From NCBI GenBank assembly GCA_035493515.1, contig DATJID010000026.1:173-64172 (forward strand): a stretch of DNA of 64,000 bases, read 5' to 3'. The position numbers were made by a program, and so were the translations under genes. The stretch comes from Candidatus Binataceae bacterium. GTDB lineage: Bacteria; Desulfobacterota; Binatia; Binatales; Binataceae. Below the pieces are notes generated by a model. That model made no database searches. It was not told where the DNA came from and worked only from the letters and a program-made list of their open reading frames with translations. Positions 34,518-43,801 of this stretch are shown here, piece by piece. The stretch's first letter is position 1; each line of letters begins with the position of its first letter.

Positions 34518-34721
34518 GTCAAACCGGAACTCTCTCAAGCTTGCCTCAACATTGTGCCGGAATATTTCTTATCGGCAACCCTCGCACTCTGGCCCGCATC
34601 GGTCACGGTATCAAGCTTCATCGGTTCTGATTACGCCGCACGAGCGACATGGTTGCTTGCCTTCGCTCCTAGGTTAGGTTATCCCAAGCGGGAACCGAAA
34701 TCTTTGTTGCAGGCTTGGTGA

Positions 34722-36773
34722 GTGAAACAGCTATTGTCATGGCGAGCCGGAATCGCCCTGCTCGTACCGGTGTTAGTGCTTTTTGTAGCGGTGTTGGTTT
34801 CGACCGGCACCGGACAGGGCCAGGTATCGGGCTCCGCCGGCACCCTGGTAATCGCTTTGACCGGAGCGCCTCCGGCGCCGAATGCGCCATTTACCCCTGG
34901 CTTCCAGAGCCTCGCCTTCAACGTCCTGGCGGTGAAGCTTAACCCGAGCACCGACCCCGACATCTTCCAGAACCAGGGCGACCCCAACTGGACCACGATT
35001 CCCGTGGCTCAGGGTGTCGGCCTTAACGACACCGGCACGGTGGACATATTCACCCAGCTCGGGACGCTGTTCAATCTTAACCCCAACGGGCCCAATCCAG
35101 CCGGCGCCGGCACCGGCCCGAGCGAATTGCAGGTCGATCTCAACCATATCCAGACGGTGCCGCAACTGTTTAACAGCCAGTTGGTGCCGGCCACTACCTA
35201 CCATGCGATCGAGTTGGTGCTCGACGGGAGCAACGCAGGCACCGCCGTTCCGACCTGCCTGGAGAACCCGTCAAGCCTGCTCGAGGGATGTATCGCCTCG
35301 CAGATATCGTTGGTCAATCCCTCGCAATTCCTGACGGTCTCAAGCAATGAGGGCGTAAGCGTACCGCTTAACGGTTTGGCCACCCTGGTGATCAACATTA
35401 ATCCGGTGACTTCGCCGACGCAGGCGTTTCCTGGACGCCCGGGCTTTAGCGGCGGGCTCTACCAGTTCTCACCGTCCATCTCGATTCCGTCCGCACCCAA
35501 TCCGCTCGGCCTGGTGACCGGCGCGGCGTTTGGTGCGAGCAAGGTTGCGGCGGAACTGTCCGGCACCGGCCAGGTGGTCGAAACCACGACCATCGGCGGC
35601 GGGCAATACCAGCTGCCCCTGCCCGCGAGCCCCGACGGAACGCTGTACGACCTGGTAGCTTCGGGGCCGGGCTTCGCGTATGCATTCGCGCACAACGTCC
35701 TGGTCCGGCGGGGCAAGGTCCAGACGGTGCAACTCGACGCCGCGCCAGCCGGCCAGATTGCGCTTACCGGCAAAGTGACCGACGCCTGCTCAGGGATGTC
35801 GCTGCAGGGCGCCACGGTCGAGGTGGTGGCGCCAGCGGCCGGCAGCACTTCCGACTGCACCCAGGTTCCAACCCCTTCGGACTGCGTCGTCCTGGCCAGC
35901 GCCAATACCGACGACACGGGAACCTACCCGATGCCGGCGAGCAATTTTGTGGTGCAGAGTTTCAATCAAGTGCCTAATGGCAAGTACACGATGGTGGTCA
36001 CCGACGCCGGCTATGACACGGTGGCCTCGAGCATGTCGGTGAACGGCGGAGCCACCTGTTCGTTGGGTACGGGCGGCCTGTGCAATTTCGCCCTGGGACG
36101 ATCGACGATCGAAGGCCTGGTCACGATCAGCCCGCCGGTGCCCAGTCCGCGCGCGCTCAACGTGCTGGTCACCGCGGAAGATCACGGCACCCATAGAATC
36201 GAAAACGTCGCGCTGGCCATGGTGCCGATCGGATCGAGTGCGGCGCCGTTCACGATGTTCGTGCCCGACCAGGCCGGCGTGGCCTCGCTCGACATGTACG
36301 CGACGGTCAGCGACTATTTCAATGGGTTACCGGAAAAGGCGAGCGGCCATACCATCGGGGTGCTGAGCGCACTCGCCCCGGCCTCGCGATGCGGAACCGC
36401 CTCGCCCCATCCGATTCTCTCGATGCAATGTGCGGGGCATGGATCGATCATGGGTTCAACCACTCCGTTCGACGACGGCACCTCGATCGTGCTGTCCAAA
36501 AATGGAGTGCAGTTGATGTCGACCGGCGTCGGCCCACGGGGAGGTTCGGCACCGGGCCAATTTTCGCTATGCGCGCCGGCCGACCCGACGGCTTACCAGT
36601 TGCAACGCTTCGAGGCGATTCCACCGTCCAGCGAACCGACGCCGGTGGGCACTCCGGTTGCGCAGCTGATGGCGCCGCCGCTGCAAGTCGCGCAGCCCTG
36701 TAACAGCATCTGCGGGACCGGCAGCGGGCAATGCCTGGTATGCGTCAACAATGCCGGCGTAACGGTTCCCTAG
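34722..36773 (+). CDS. large secreted protein, DUF4382-like N-terminus plus carboxypeptidase-regulatory-like (Ig-like) domain(s), Cys-rich C-terminus
   Basis: 683 aa, GTG start, N-terminal TM/signal. GTLVIALTGAPP...AFNVLAVKL and TTYHAIELVLDG resemble DUF4382. TGKVTDACSGMSLQGATVEVV...TDDTGTYPMP...GKYTMVVTDAGYD resembles CarboxypepD_reg. Confidence 0.55.
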   Translation: MKQLLSWRAGIALLVPVLVLFVAVLVSTGTGQGQVSGSAGTLVIALTGAPPAPNAPFTPGFQSLAFNVLAVKLNPSTDPDIFQNQGDPNWTTIPVAQGVGLNDTGTVDIFTQLGTLFNLNPNGPNPAGAGTGPSELQVDLNHIQTVPQLFNSQLVPATTYHAIELVLDGSNAGTAVPTCLENPSSLLEGCIASQISLVNPSQFLTVSSNEGVSVPLNGLATLVININPVTSPTQAFPGRPGFSGGLYQFSPSISIPSAPNPLGLVTGAAFGASKVAAELSGTGQVVETTTIGGGQYQLPLPASPDGTLYDLVASGPGFAYAFAHNVLVRRGKVQTVQLDAAPAGQIALTGKVTDACSGMSLQGATVEVVAPAAGSTSDCTQVPTPSDCVVLASANTDDTGTYPMPASNFVVQSFNQVPNGKYTMVVTDAGYDTVASSMSVNGGATCSLGTGGLCNFALGRSTIEGLVTISPPVPSPRALNVLVTAEDHGTHRIENVALAMVPIGSSAAPFTMFVPDQAGVASLDMYATVSDYFNGLPEKASGHTIGVLSALAPASRCGTASPHPILSMQCAGHGSIMGSTTPFDDGTSIVLSKNGVQLMSTGVGPRGGSAPGQFSLCAPADPTAYQLQRFEAIPPSSEPTPVGTPVAQLMAPPLQVAQPCNSICGTGSGQCLVCVNNAGVTVP

Positions 36774-36793
36774 CCTCGGCCGAGCATTCAGTC

Positions 36794-37480
36794 ATGCAAG
36801 CAAATTCCAAATTGAACTTGTCGGCATTAGTGCAACGCGGCGCGCTCGCGATACTGGCCTTCGCCTGCGCGGCCTGCGGCGGCGCCTTCGGCACCGCCAA
36901 TCCGACCTCGCCCGGCCAGACCTCGTCAATCCCGGCGCAGAACAGCCTATGGGTGCTGGGGACGCCGGGCACGCCCTTTCAGGCGCTGGTCACTGACGCC
37001 TCGCAGTCGTGGACATTTCGCGGAGTGATTCCGCAATCGGTGGTGATCATCAACAACTCGCCGGGCGTGCAGATGACCGTCACCAAACTGACCAATAATT
37101 CGGCCCTGATGACCACCGAATTGATCAACGGTACAAACCTGGTGGCCGAGGCCTCGACCAATGATCCGTTCGGCACCACGGTGGTGCAGAGCTCCGGTGG
37201 CCTGGCCGCGGTCGCGCCACGCGCGAATCCCGACATCCGGTTTTTCATCAAGGGGCCGTCGAACGGACTGGTCAACGGGCTGATCGAGGATTTGACGCTG
37301 AGTTTCGTGTTCGAGGCGCGTTCGCCGGCCCTGTTCCTGTTCGAGCATCCTGACGCGCGGGTGGACGCGGTCATAAATTCGGTCGACTTTGCGGGAACCA
37401 TTTTTGCCGATGTCCTTTCCAACGGCGTGCCGGTGGTGGAATCGACCGGGGGCCCGCGTCTGTTGATCAAATTCCCCTAA
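36794..37480 (+). CDS. hypothetical secreted protein / possible lipoprotein
   Basis: MQANSKLNLSALVQRGALAILAFACAACGG signal with Cys residues (non-canonical lipobox). I recognise no family. Confidence 0.5.
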   Translation: MQANSKLNLSALVQRGALAILAFACAACGGAFGTANPTSPGQTSSIPAQNSLWVLGTPGTPFQALVTDASQSWTFRGVIPQSVVIINNSPGVQMTVTKLTNNSALMTTELINGTNLVAEASTNDPFGTTVVQSSGGLAAVAPRANPDIRFFIKGPSNGLVNGLIEDLTLSFVFEARSPALFLFEHPDARVDAVINSVDFAGTIFADVLSNGVPVVESTGGPRLLIKFP

Positions 37481-37663
37481 GCGTATGGCTATAGCGGTTC
37501 CGGCCCCGCCGCGCATAGTGGACGGCACGGAGCGGACAGGCTAGATTTGCCAAGCCGCTTTTTTGCTTATGATTTGTAGGTTAATTATGAGGGCTGGACT
37601 CTGTACCGCGTGGACCCGACTCGTTGGCGCCGACGGCGACTCGAGGCGAGCCGCGACCGCAAA

Positions 37664-38893
37664 ATGAAATCGATCTGGTTTCGTCGGATCCTGCTCGCCG
37701 CCGTGGTGATTCTTTTGTTGGCCGCCATTTTCCCGGCCATCAGGTACTACCGCTATTTCAGTTCCCACGTTTCCACTGACGACGCCTACGTCGACGGTTC
37801 GATTGGGCTCATCTCCTCACGCATCACCGGCACCGTGATCAAGGTCTTCGTCTCGGACAACTGGCGGGTCAAAGCTGGCGACATATTGCTCGAGCTCGAC
37901 CCCAGCGATTATCAGGTCCAGGTCAACGGCGCCGAGGCCCAGCTTCAGCGCGCGCACCAGACTGTCGACCAGCTCTTCGCACAGGTCGAGGCCGCGCGCT
38001 CGGGCCTCAAACTCGCCGAATCGCAGTTGCATCAGGCCCGCATCGATTACGACCGGGCCAAGCAACTGAAGGCACAGGGCGTCGTCTCCAGCGAATTTTA
38101 CGACCAGGCCGCCACGGCGATGCGCGTAGCGATGGCGACCCAGGGGCTGGCCAACCATCAATTGGTTCAGGCCGAAGCGGCACTGGGCGTCAATGGCGAG
38201 GACCATACGCATTACGACCGGCCTGTGGTCCAGCAGGCAAGCGCCGCCTTGGAGGCTGCGCGGCTCAACCTGAGCTACACGGTCATCCGGGCGCCGTTCG
38301 ACGGAATCGTGACCCGCAAGAGCGTCCACGTCGGGCATCGGGTCGAGGTCGGGCAGCCGTTGATGGCCCTGGTTCCGATCCGCGGGCTCTACATAACGGC
38401 CAACTACAAAGAAACCCAGCTCACCGACGTGCGGGTCGGACAACCCGCCGACGTCGAAGCCGACATCTATCCCGGCTACGTCTACCGCGCCCATGTCGAC
38501 TCAATCAGCATCGGCACTGGCTCGGCCTTCGCCCTCCTGCCACCGGAAAACGCCACTGGCAACTGGGTCAAGGTTGTCCAGCGCATCCCGGTCAAGATCG
38601 TGCTCGACAATCCCGAGCCGGCGGACAAGCCGCTCCGCATGGGCCTCTCGGTGGAAGTCACCATCGACATCTCCGACACTCACGGCCCGCTGCTCACGTC
38701 CACGCTCCAGCATCAGTACCAGGAACGCGGGACCATTCCGGAAACGCTGCGACGCATCCCGCCGCCCGAAGAAGGCACGCAGCAACATCATGTATTTCCG
38801 CCCACCGGACAGGCGCCATCCACCTCGCAACCGAACCTGGTGCCCGGCTTGCCCAGTCCCCCGCCGCCACCCTCCGGCGCCCAGTCGAAGTAA
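37664..38893 (+). CDS. HlyD/EmrA-type membrane-fusion (periplasmic adaptor) protein
   Basis: N-terminal TM, VSTDDAYVDG..., long coiled coil, IRAPFDGIVT, ANYKETQL, and the C-terminal barrel GNWVKVVQRIPVKI typical of EmrA. Pro-rich tail. Confidence 0.85.
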   Translation: MKSIWFRRILLAAVVILLLAAIFPAIRYYRYFSSHVSTDDAYVDGSIGLISSRITGTVIKVFVSDNWRVKAGDILLELDPSDYQVQVNGAEAQLQRAHQTVDQLFAQVEAARSGLKLAESQLHQARIDYDRAKQLKAQGVVSSEFYDQAATAMRVAMATQGLANHQLVQAEAALGVNGEDHTHYDRPVVQQASAALEAARLNLSYTVIRAPFDGIVTRKSVHVGHRVEVGQPLMALVPIRGLYITANYKETQLTDVRVGQPADVEADIYPGYVYRAHVDSISIGTGSAFALLPPENATGNWVKVVQRIPVKIVLDNPEPADKPLRMGLSVEVTIDISDTHGPLLTSTLQHQYQERGTIPETLRRIPPPEEGTQQHHVFPPTGQAPSTSQPNLVPGLPSPPPPPSGAQSK

Positions 38894-38900
38894 CGGGCTC

Positions 38901-40433
38901 TCAGCACCCTGGATCTGATCCGCTAGGCCCCGGCGCCAGGCTGGGCGGGACATTGGCGTTGGTCGAAGGCGAATTATCGAAATCGAACATATCCTCGAGA
39001 TCGTTCGCGTTCGCGTCGCGCGCGGTCAGATGCGCATTGGCCGTGAACCGCTTCTCGATAAGGGCAAGAATCGAAGTATGGTCGCCAATCGTATGCGAGA
39101 CATAGGCGGGCTTTGCAAACGGCGAGATGACGACCAAGGGTACTCGCAGACCATACTGATCGAAGCTGTTGATACAGCTTTCGCCGGACAGCACCTCGCT
39201 GCATAGCAACTTCTCCTGGTTGGCACTGTCTGAGCACTGCGCGCCGTTGCCCGGAGTTTCCGAGCTAGGCGGATTGGAAAGGTCAGCGCATTTCCCCGGC
39301 GGGATGCCGTCCGGCGCCGTCGCGGAGGGCGGCGTGACATGGTCGTAAGAACCGCCCGCTTCGTCGTAGGTCCAGATAATTATCGAGTCCTTCCAGTTCG
39401 GCCCGCTGCGAACGGCGTTGATCACGCTCGACACTTCGGCTTCGCCAGCCCTGATGTCAGCCGGAGGATGTTCGCTCTTTTCCAGGCTGAAATCCACGAA
39501 TGATACCGACGGCAACTTGCCCGATGAGGCCTGCGACATGAAGTCGTCGAGTGTCTGAAAATGCGGCGGCACCGGATTATGTACCAGGCCTCCGTAGGGA
39601 ATACCCAGTTCAGTACTACCGCCGATATCCACGTACTCGCCCCAGGTCACGTTGTTCTTATCTAGAAGATCGAAAATCGTCCCATTGATCGGCTGAAAGC
39701 CGCCGCTCGGCGGAAGCGGTATCTCACCTACCGTGGTCACCAGGTGACCGAAAGATGTGCCGGCGAACTCGTAGAGCCGGTTGGGCACCGTTTGAGTCGG
39801 CACGGAGGAGTAGTAATTATCGTCAATCGCGAAAGTAGTGGCCAGAGCGTAGTAGTACGGAAGATCGGATTGCGTATAGAAACCCATCGTGTCGTCTTCC
39901 TTGGCAGACTCGCCGACGTCGATTTGTTCGGTCAAGTCGTTTTGCGACACGAAGCCGTCGTTGGTCCCGTGAAGGCTGCCATTCGGATCGGCGAAATTGA
40001 TCTCGTGATGGGTTCCGACCCAGGTATGGTCAAGATCGGGAAATACGCACAAACGATGGTCATGGAACGATACCACCGCCGGCGAACCATCAGACTCGGG
40101 GTTTGAATTGGTGCAGGTCAACGTCCCCGACGCATCGGCAGTACAACTCAAGCCATTCACACAGGTGTGATCGCCGGAAGAACAGGGACCGGCGTGATAT
40201 GGAGATGCCGGTGCATAGGGCAGCGCGCCGAGATAGTTATCGAAAGAATGATTTTCCTGCATCATCACGACGATGTGATTGACGCGCGCCAACCCGCTCG
40301 CGCCGGGCTGCGGCGGTGGCGTACCCGACCCGCCACCACCACCACCGCAGCCGCCTAAAATAAGGACCAGCAACGTCAAGGGAACGGAACCTTTGGCGAA
40401 GCCGCGACTGACTGTGGGTTTGGAAAAATTCAC
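38901..40433 (-). CDS. phosphoesterase-family lipoprotein (phospholipase C / acid phosphatase AcpA family)
   Basis: Lipobox LILGGC followed by GGGGGGSG. VNHIVVMMQENHSFDNYLG is the family's N-terminal signature. Confidence 0.8.
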   Translation of the reverse strand: MNFSKPTVSRGFAKGSVPLTLLVLILGGCGGGGGGSGTPPPQPGASGLARVNHIVVMMQENHSFDNYLGALPYAPASPYHAGPCSSGDHTCVNGLSCTADASGTLTCTNSNPESDGSPAVVSFHDHRLCVFPDLDHTWVGTHHEINFADPNGSLHGTNDGFVSQNDLTEQIDVGESAKEDDTMGFYTQSDLPYYYALATTFAIDDNYYSSVPTQTVPNRLYEFAGTSFGHLVTTVGEIPLPPSGGFQPINGTIFDLLDKNNVTWGEYVDIGGSTELGIPYGGLVHNPVPPHFQTLDDFMSQASSGKLPSVSFVDFSLEKSEHPPADIRAGEAEVSSVINAVRSGPNWKDSIIIWTYDEAGGSYDHVTPPSATAPDGIPPGKCADLSNPPSSETPGNGAQCSDSANQEKLLCSEVLSGESCINSFDQYGLRVPLVVISPFAKPAYVSHTIGDHTSILALIEKRFTANAHLTARDANANDLEDMFDFDNSPSTNANVPPSLAPGPSGSDPGC

Positions 40434-40658
40434 AATGACAACAGAGCGAGCAAAGGACGTGCCCGTGTGGGCGAGGGATTATTCGAGATAGAGCCTGCGT
40501 TTGAGGGTTTTTCTTCTCCACAAATCTGTCAGAAACGTTACCTTTTCAGCATTTTATTACACACGTTCTTTACCGGAAACTCCTCCATGCAAAATTCTCC
40601 GTTCGCATCATCCGGCCAATTGCACCGCACGCGATACCCATACTAGGCTCGCTTCGCC

Positions 40659-41741
40659 GTGCCGCACGCCTCGCCTCACCTATTCACCGAACCCGAAACG
40701 CTCTCGGCCGCGCTTTCTGTTTATCTTGGCGCCGGCGTCGATCGTCTGCGGGTGCTGGCGAGCGGGTGGGAAACGACGCTTTATGAGTTCGAGTTGCGCG
40801 ACCCAAGCGCGCGCCTGTCCGGCGTCGAAGCTCGCGCGCCGCTGGTGCTGCGTTCCTATCCAAACGTTGAGGCGGCCGACAAGGGTGCGCTGGAATACCG
40901 GACCATCAGTCATTTGGCGAACGCCGGCTATCCGGTGCCGCAGCCTTATCTGTTCGAGCCCGGCGTGGCGGCAATCGGCGCGCCCTTCCTGGTGATGTCG
41001 CGGCTCCGCGGCGGACCGCTATTCGCGATTCGCTCCTTTCCGCGCGCCTTCAAGACCTTCTCAATGGGGTTTCTGGGATTCGTGCGGGCGCAGGTGCGGC
41101 TACATCGGATGGCGCTTTTACCGTCCGAGCTCGAGGCGCCGGGAACTGAGACGGCTGCGAATGATGGCGCGGCGGCGCGCCTGCTCGACCGCATCCTGGA
41201 CACGGTTGCGGCCCGCATCGAGCAGGGCCCGCTGCCGGGACTGGCGGCGGCGCTTACTCGCTTGCGCGATGGTGCGTCCGAGTTCAGAAACGGCCCGCCT
41301 TCGTTTCTTCACCTGGACTACCATCCGCAAAACGTCCTGGTTAAGGGCCTGCGCGTGACCGGAGTTATCGATTGGGCCAACGCGGCGATCGGCGACCGCC
41401 ACTTCGATGCCGCCACGACGGCGGTGATCTTGTCGACCAGCGCGATGGAACATCCGCGCTGGATGCGCGACAACGCGGCGGGGAACAACCTGCGGCGCAC
41501 TTTCAATGCGCTCTATCTGGCGCTCTACCAGGCCTGCGCGCCGATGGAATTGCGGCGTTTGCACTACTATCAGGGCCTGGCGGGGGCGTTGCGGCTCTCG
41601 ACGCTGGGGATGATGCGCGTTCGCGGGCCGCAAAGCGTCGGCTTTCGAGCGGGCGCGATACGCGAGGTCACGCCGTCAGTGCTGCGGCTGCTGAGCCGCT
41701 ACGTCGCGCGCAAAACCGGCACGACGGTGACGCTCGCGTAA
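40659..41741 (+). CDS. aminoglycoside-phosphotransferase-like (APH/ChoK fold) kinase
   Basis: FLHLDYHPQNVLV (HxDxxxxN catalytic loop) and GVIDWANAAIGDRHFD (DxD metal loop). Confidence 0.75.
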   Translation: MPHASPHLFTEPETLSAALSVYLGAGVDRLRVLASGWETTLYEFELRDPSARLSGVEARAPLVLRSYPNVEAADKGALEYRTISHLANAGYPVPQPYLFEPGVAAIGAPFLVMSRLRGGPLFAIRSFPRAFKTFSMGFLGFVRAQVRLHRMALLPSELEAPGTETAANDGAAARLLDRILDTVAARIEQGPLPGLAAALTRLRDGASEFRNGPPSFLHLDYHPQNVLVKGLRVTGVIDWANAAIGDRHFDAATTAVILSTSAMEHPRWMRDNAAGNNLRRTFNALYLALYQACAPMELRRLHYYQGLAGALRLSTLGMMRVRGPQSVGFRAGAIREVTPSVLRLLSRYVARKTGTTVTLA

Positions 41742-41927
41742 GCGCACCTACTTCGCCTGTCTCCATGCCGGGTTCATTGCCGGCGAGCCCGCACTCGGAA
41801 AACTTGGCCTTCGGGACAAGGCGCGATTCGATGTAATTCGCGTGGCAGAATTGTAACCCAGGGCGCGCGCTTTCGTCTCTATTACCGCGGCCCAAGTCAC
41901 GGGCACTAAACAGCGAGGTAGAAGTAA

Positions 41928-42431
41928 ATGATTGGGAAGCGGAAGGTTTCACGAGTGGCGGCGGCGGTCGGAGCGGTTCTGGCGGCGACGTGCGGGTTGG
42001 CGTTGGCGCAGGGATGGCATGGACATGGCGGCGGCGGACCGGGCGGTGACGGAAAGCTGTTCATGCTCGCCAAAGTAGCCGGCGTTGACCACTCCAAGAT
42101 GCATACGGCGTTCAAAGGCGACCCGAGCCTGAAGACCGATTTCGGTAACGTCAAGACCACGCATCAGGCGCTCATCGAATGTCTTGCCTCCGGTGGCTCC
42201 TGCGACAGCCAGATTTCATCCTTTGCCGCCGCGCAGCAGGCGCTGACGGTCGAAAAGTACAAGGTATGGGAGGGGCTGTTTAAGGGCGCTCCCAATACCG
42301 GCAAGGCGACCGCGATGTTGGGTCAGATGCAGCAGCTCGAGCAACAGCGGCATGCGATGTTCCAGCAGGCTTTCGGTTCACAGGCTGGAAGCGACACCCC
42401 GGCCGGCTCTCCGCCGCCCTCGGTGGAATAG
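41928..42431 (+). CDS. hypothetical periplasmic helical protein with His/Gly-rich mature N-terminus
   Basis: Signal peptide ending ALAQG, then WHGHGGGGPGGDG. The rest is Gln/Ala-rich and predicted helical. No family recognised. Confidence 0.45.
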   Translation: MIGKRKVSRVAAAVGAVLAATCGLALAQGWHGHGGGGPGGDGKLFMLAKVAGVDHSKMHTAFKGDPSLKTDFGNVKTTHQALIECLASGGSCDSQISSFAAAQQALTVEKYKVWEGLFKGAPNTGKATAMLGQMQQLEQQRHAMFQQAFGSQAGSDTPAGSPPPSVE

Positions 42432-42556
42432 CACGCGCGACGGCACCGCGTTGAGGCCTGGGTACGCAACGGGCTATCAACGCGGTGCGCACTCAGGATG
42501 CGCGACGATGAGCGCGCAGCTACTGCAGTTACTGATAGACTGAGCACGGGGCCAAC

Positions 42557-43753
42557 TTGAGCAAATACATTTTGCACTGGGGCTGGCTGGTCGCGGTCTT
42601 CGCCATAGCGGCAGCCCTGCTATGGTTCGAGCACGCTCCTACGCCGGTCCGCTACGTCACGGTTGCGGCCGAACGTGGCGACCTGGTCCGCGCGGTAACC
42701 GCAACCGGCACGGTCAATCCTGTCGTGACCGTACAGGTCGGAACCTATGTCTCCGGGCCGATCGTGAAGCTCTATTGCGACTTCAACACCGAGGTCAAAA
42801 AAGGCCAGATCTGCGCCAAGATCGACCCGCGGCCCTACGAGGTCACGGTCGAACAGGCGAGCGCGAGTCTCGCCAACGCGCAGGCGCAGTTGAAGAAGGA
42901 TCAGGCGGGCCTCGATTACGCCCGGATCACCTACCAACGCGATCAATCGCTGGCCAAAGCAAACATTGTGACCAAAGACGCTCTCGATAGCGCCCGCAGC
43001 ACAGCCGACCAGGCAGCGGCGCAGGTCGAGCTCGACCGCGCCAATATCCGCCAGCAGGAAGCGTCGCTCCACGCGGCCCAGGTCAACCTCGGCTTCACCG
43101 ACATCATCTCGCCGGTGGACGGCACCGTGGTCTCGCGCAACGTCGACGTGGGCCAGACCGTGGCCGCGAGCTTTCAGACACCGACCCTGTTCCTGATCGC
43201 GCAGGACCTGACGCGGATGCAGGTCGACGCGAGCGTCAGCGAATCGGACGTCGGCCCGGTGCGCGTTGGCCAAAGCGCAGAGTTCACTGTCGACGCGTTT
43301 CCGCATCATCCGTTCCCCGCCACGGTGACCCAGGTCCGGCAGGCGCCGGTGACCGTCCAGAACGTCGTCACCTACGATGTCGTGCTGGGCGTCTCCAACC
43401 CCGAACTGCTGCTCAAGCCTGGGATGACCGCCAACGCCAGGATCATAACGGCCGAGCAAAAAAACGTGCTGCAGGTGCCGCTGCAGGCGCTCCGCTTTTC
43501 GCCCAATGGCAGCGACGAAAGCGATAAGGGGGAGCCTCGGCACGCGGACCATACCGCCAGCCTCTGGGTCCTCCACGGCGGGGCGCTGCGCGAGATCCAG
43601 GTGGTCAGAGGAATCGACGACGGAACTTCGGTCGAAATACTCGGCGGCGATCTGAAGCCCGGCGATCAAATCGTAATCGACGAACGCGCCGACGCGACCG
43701 GCAGCGGGAAACCGCGGCTGGCAAAGCCGCAGATGGGCATGCATCATTTCTGA
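42557..43753 (+). CDS. macA: MacA-type periplasmic adaptor subunit
   Basis: TM anchor, lipoyl/hairpin motifs (VGTYVSGPIVKLY, ISPVDGTVVSRNVDVGQTV) and AFPHHPFPATVTQVRQAPVTVQNVVTY typical of MacA. Confidence 0.85.
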   Translation: MSKYILHWGWLVAVFAIAAALLWFEHAPTPVRYVTVAAERGDLVRAVTATGTVNPVVTVQVGTYVSGPIVKLYCDFNTEVKKGQICAKIDPRPYEVTVEQASASLANAQAQLKKDQAGLDYARITYQRDQSLAKANIVTKDALDSARSTADQAAAQVELDRANIRQQEASLHAAQVNLGFTDIISPVDGTVVSRNVDVGQTVAASFQTPTLFLIAQDLTRMQVDASVSESDVGPVRVGQSAEFTVDAFPHHPFPATVTQVRQAPVTVQNVVTYDVVLGVSNPELLLKPGMTANARIITAEQKNVLQVPLQALRFSPNGSDESDKGEPRHADHTASLWVLHGGALREIQVVRGIDDGTSVEILGGDLKPGDQIVIDERADATGSGKPRLAKPQMGMHHF

Positions 43754-43801
43754 TCCGCCTATCCGCTCCGCCGAACTCCTCAGGTTCTGAACGCGATAGC
43801 C

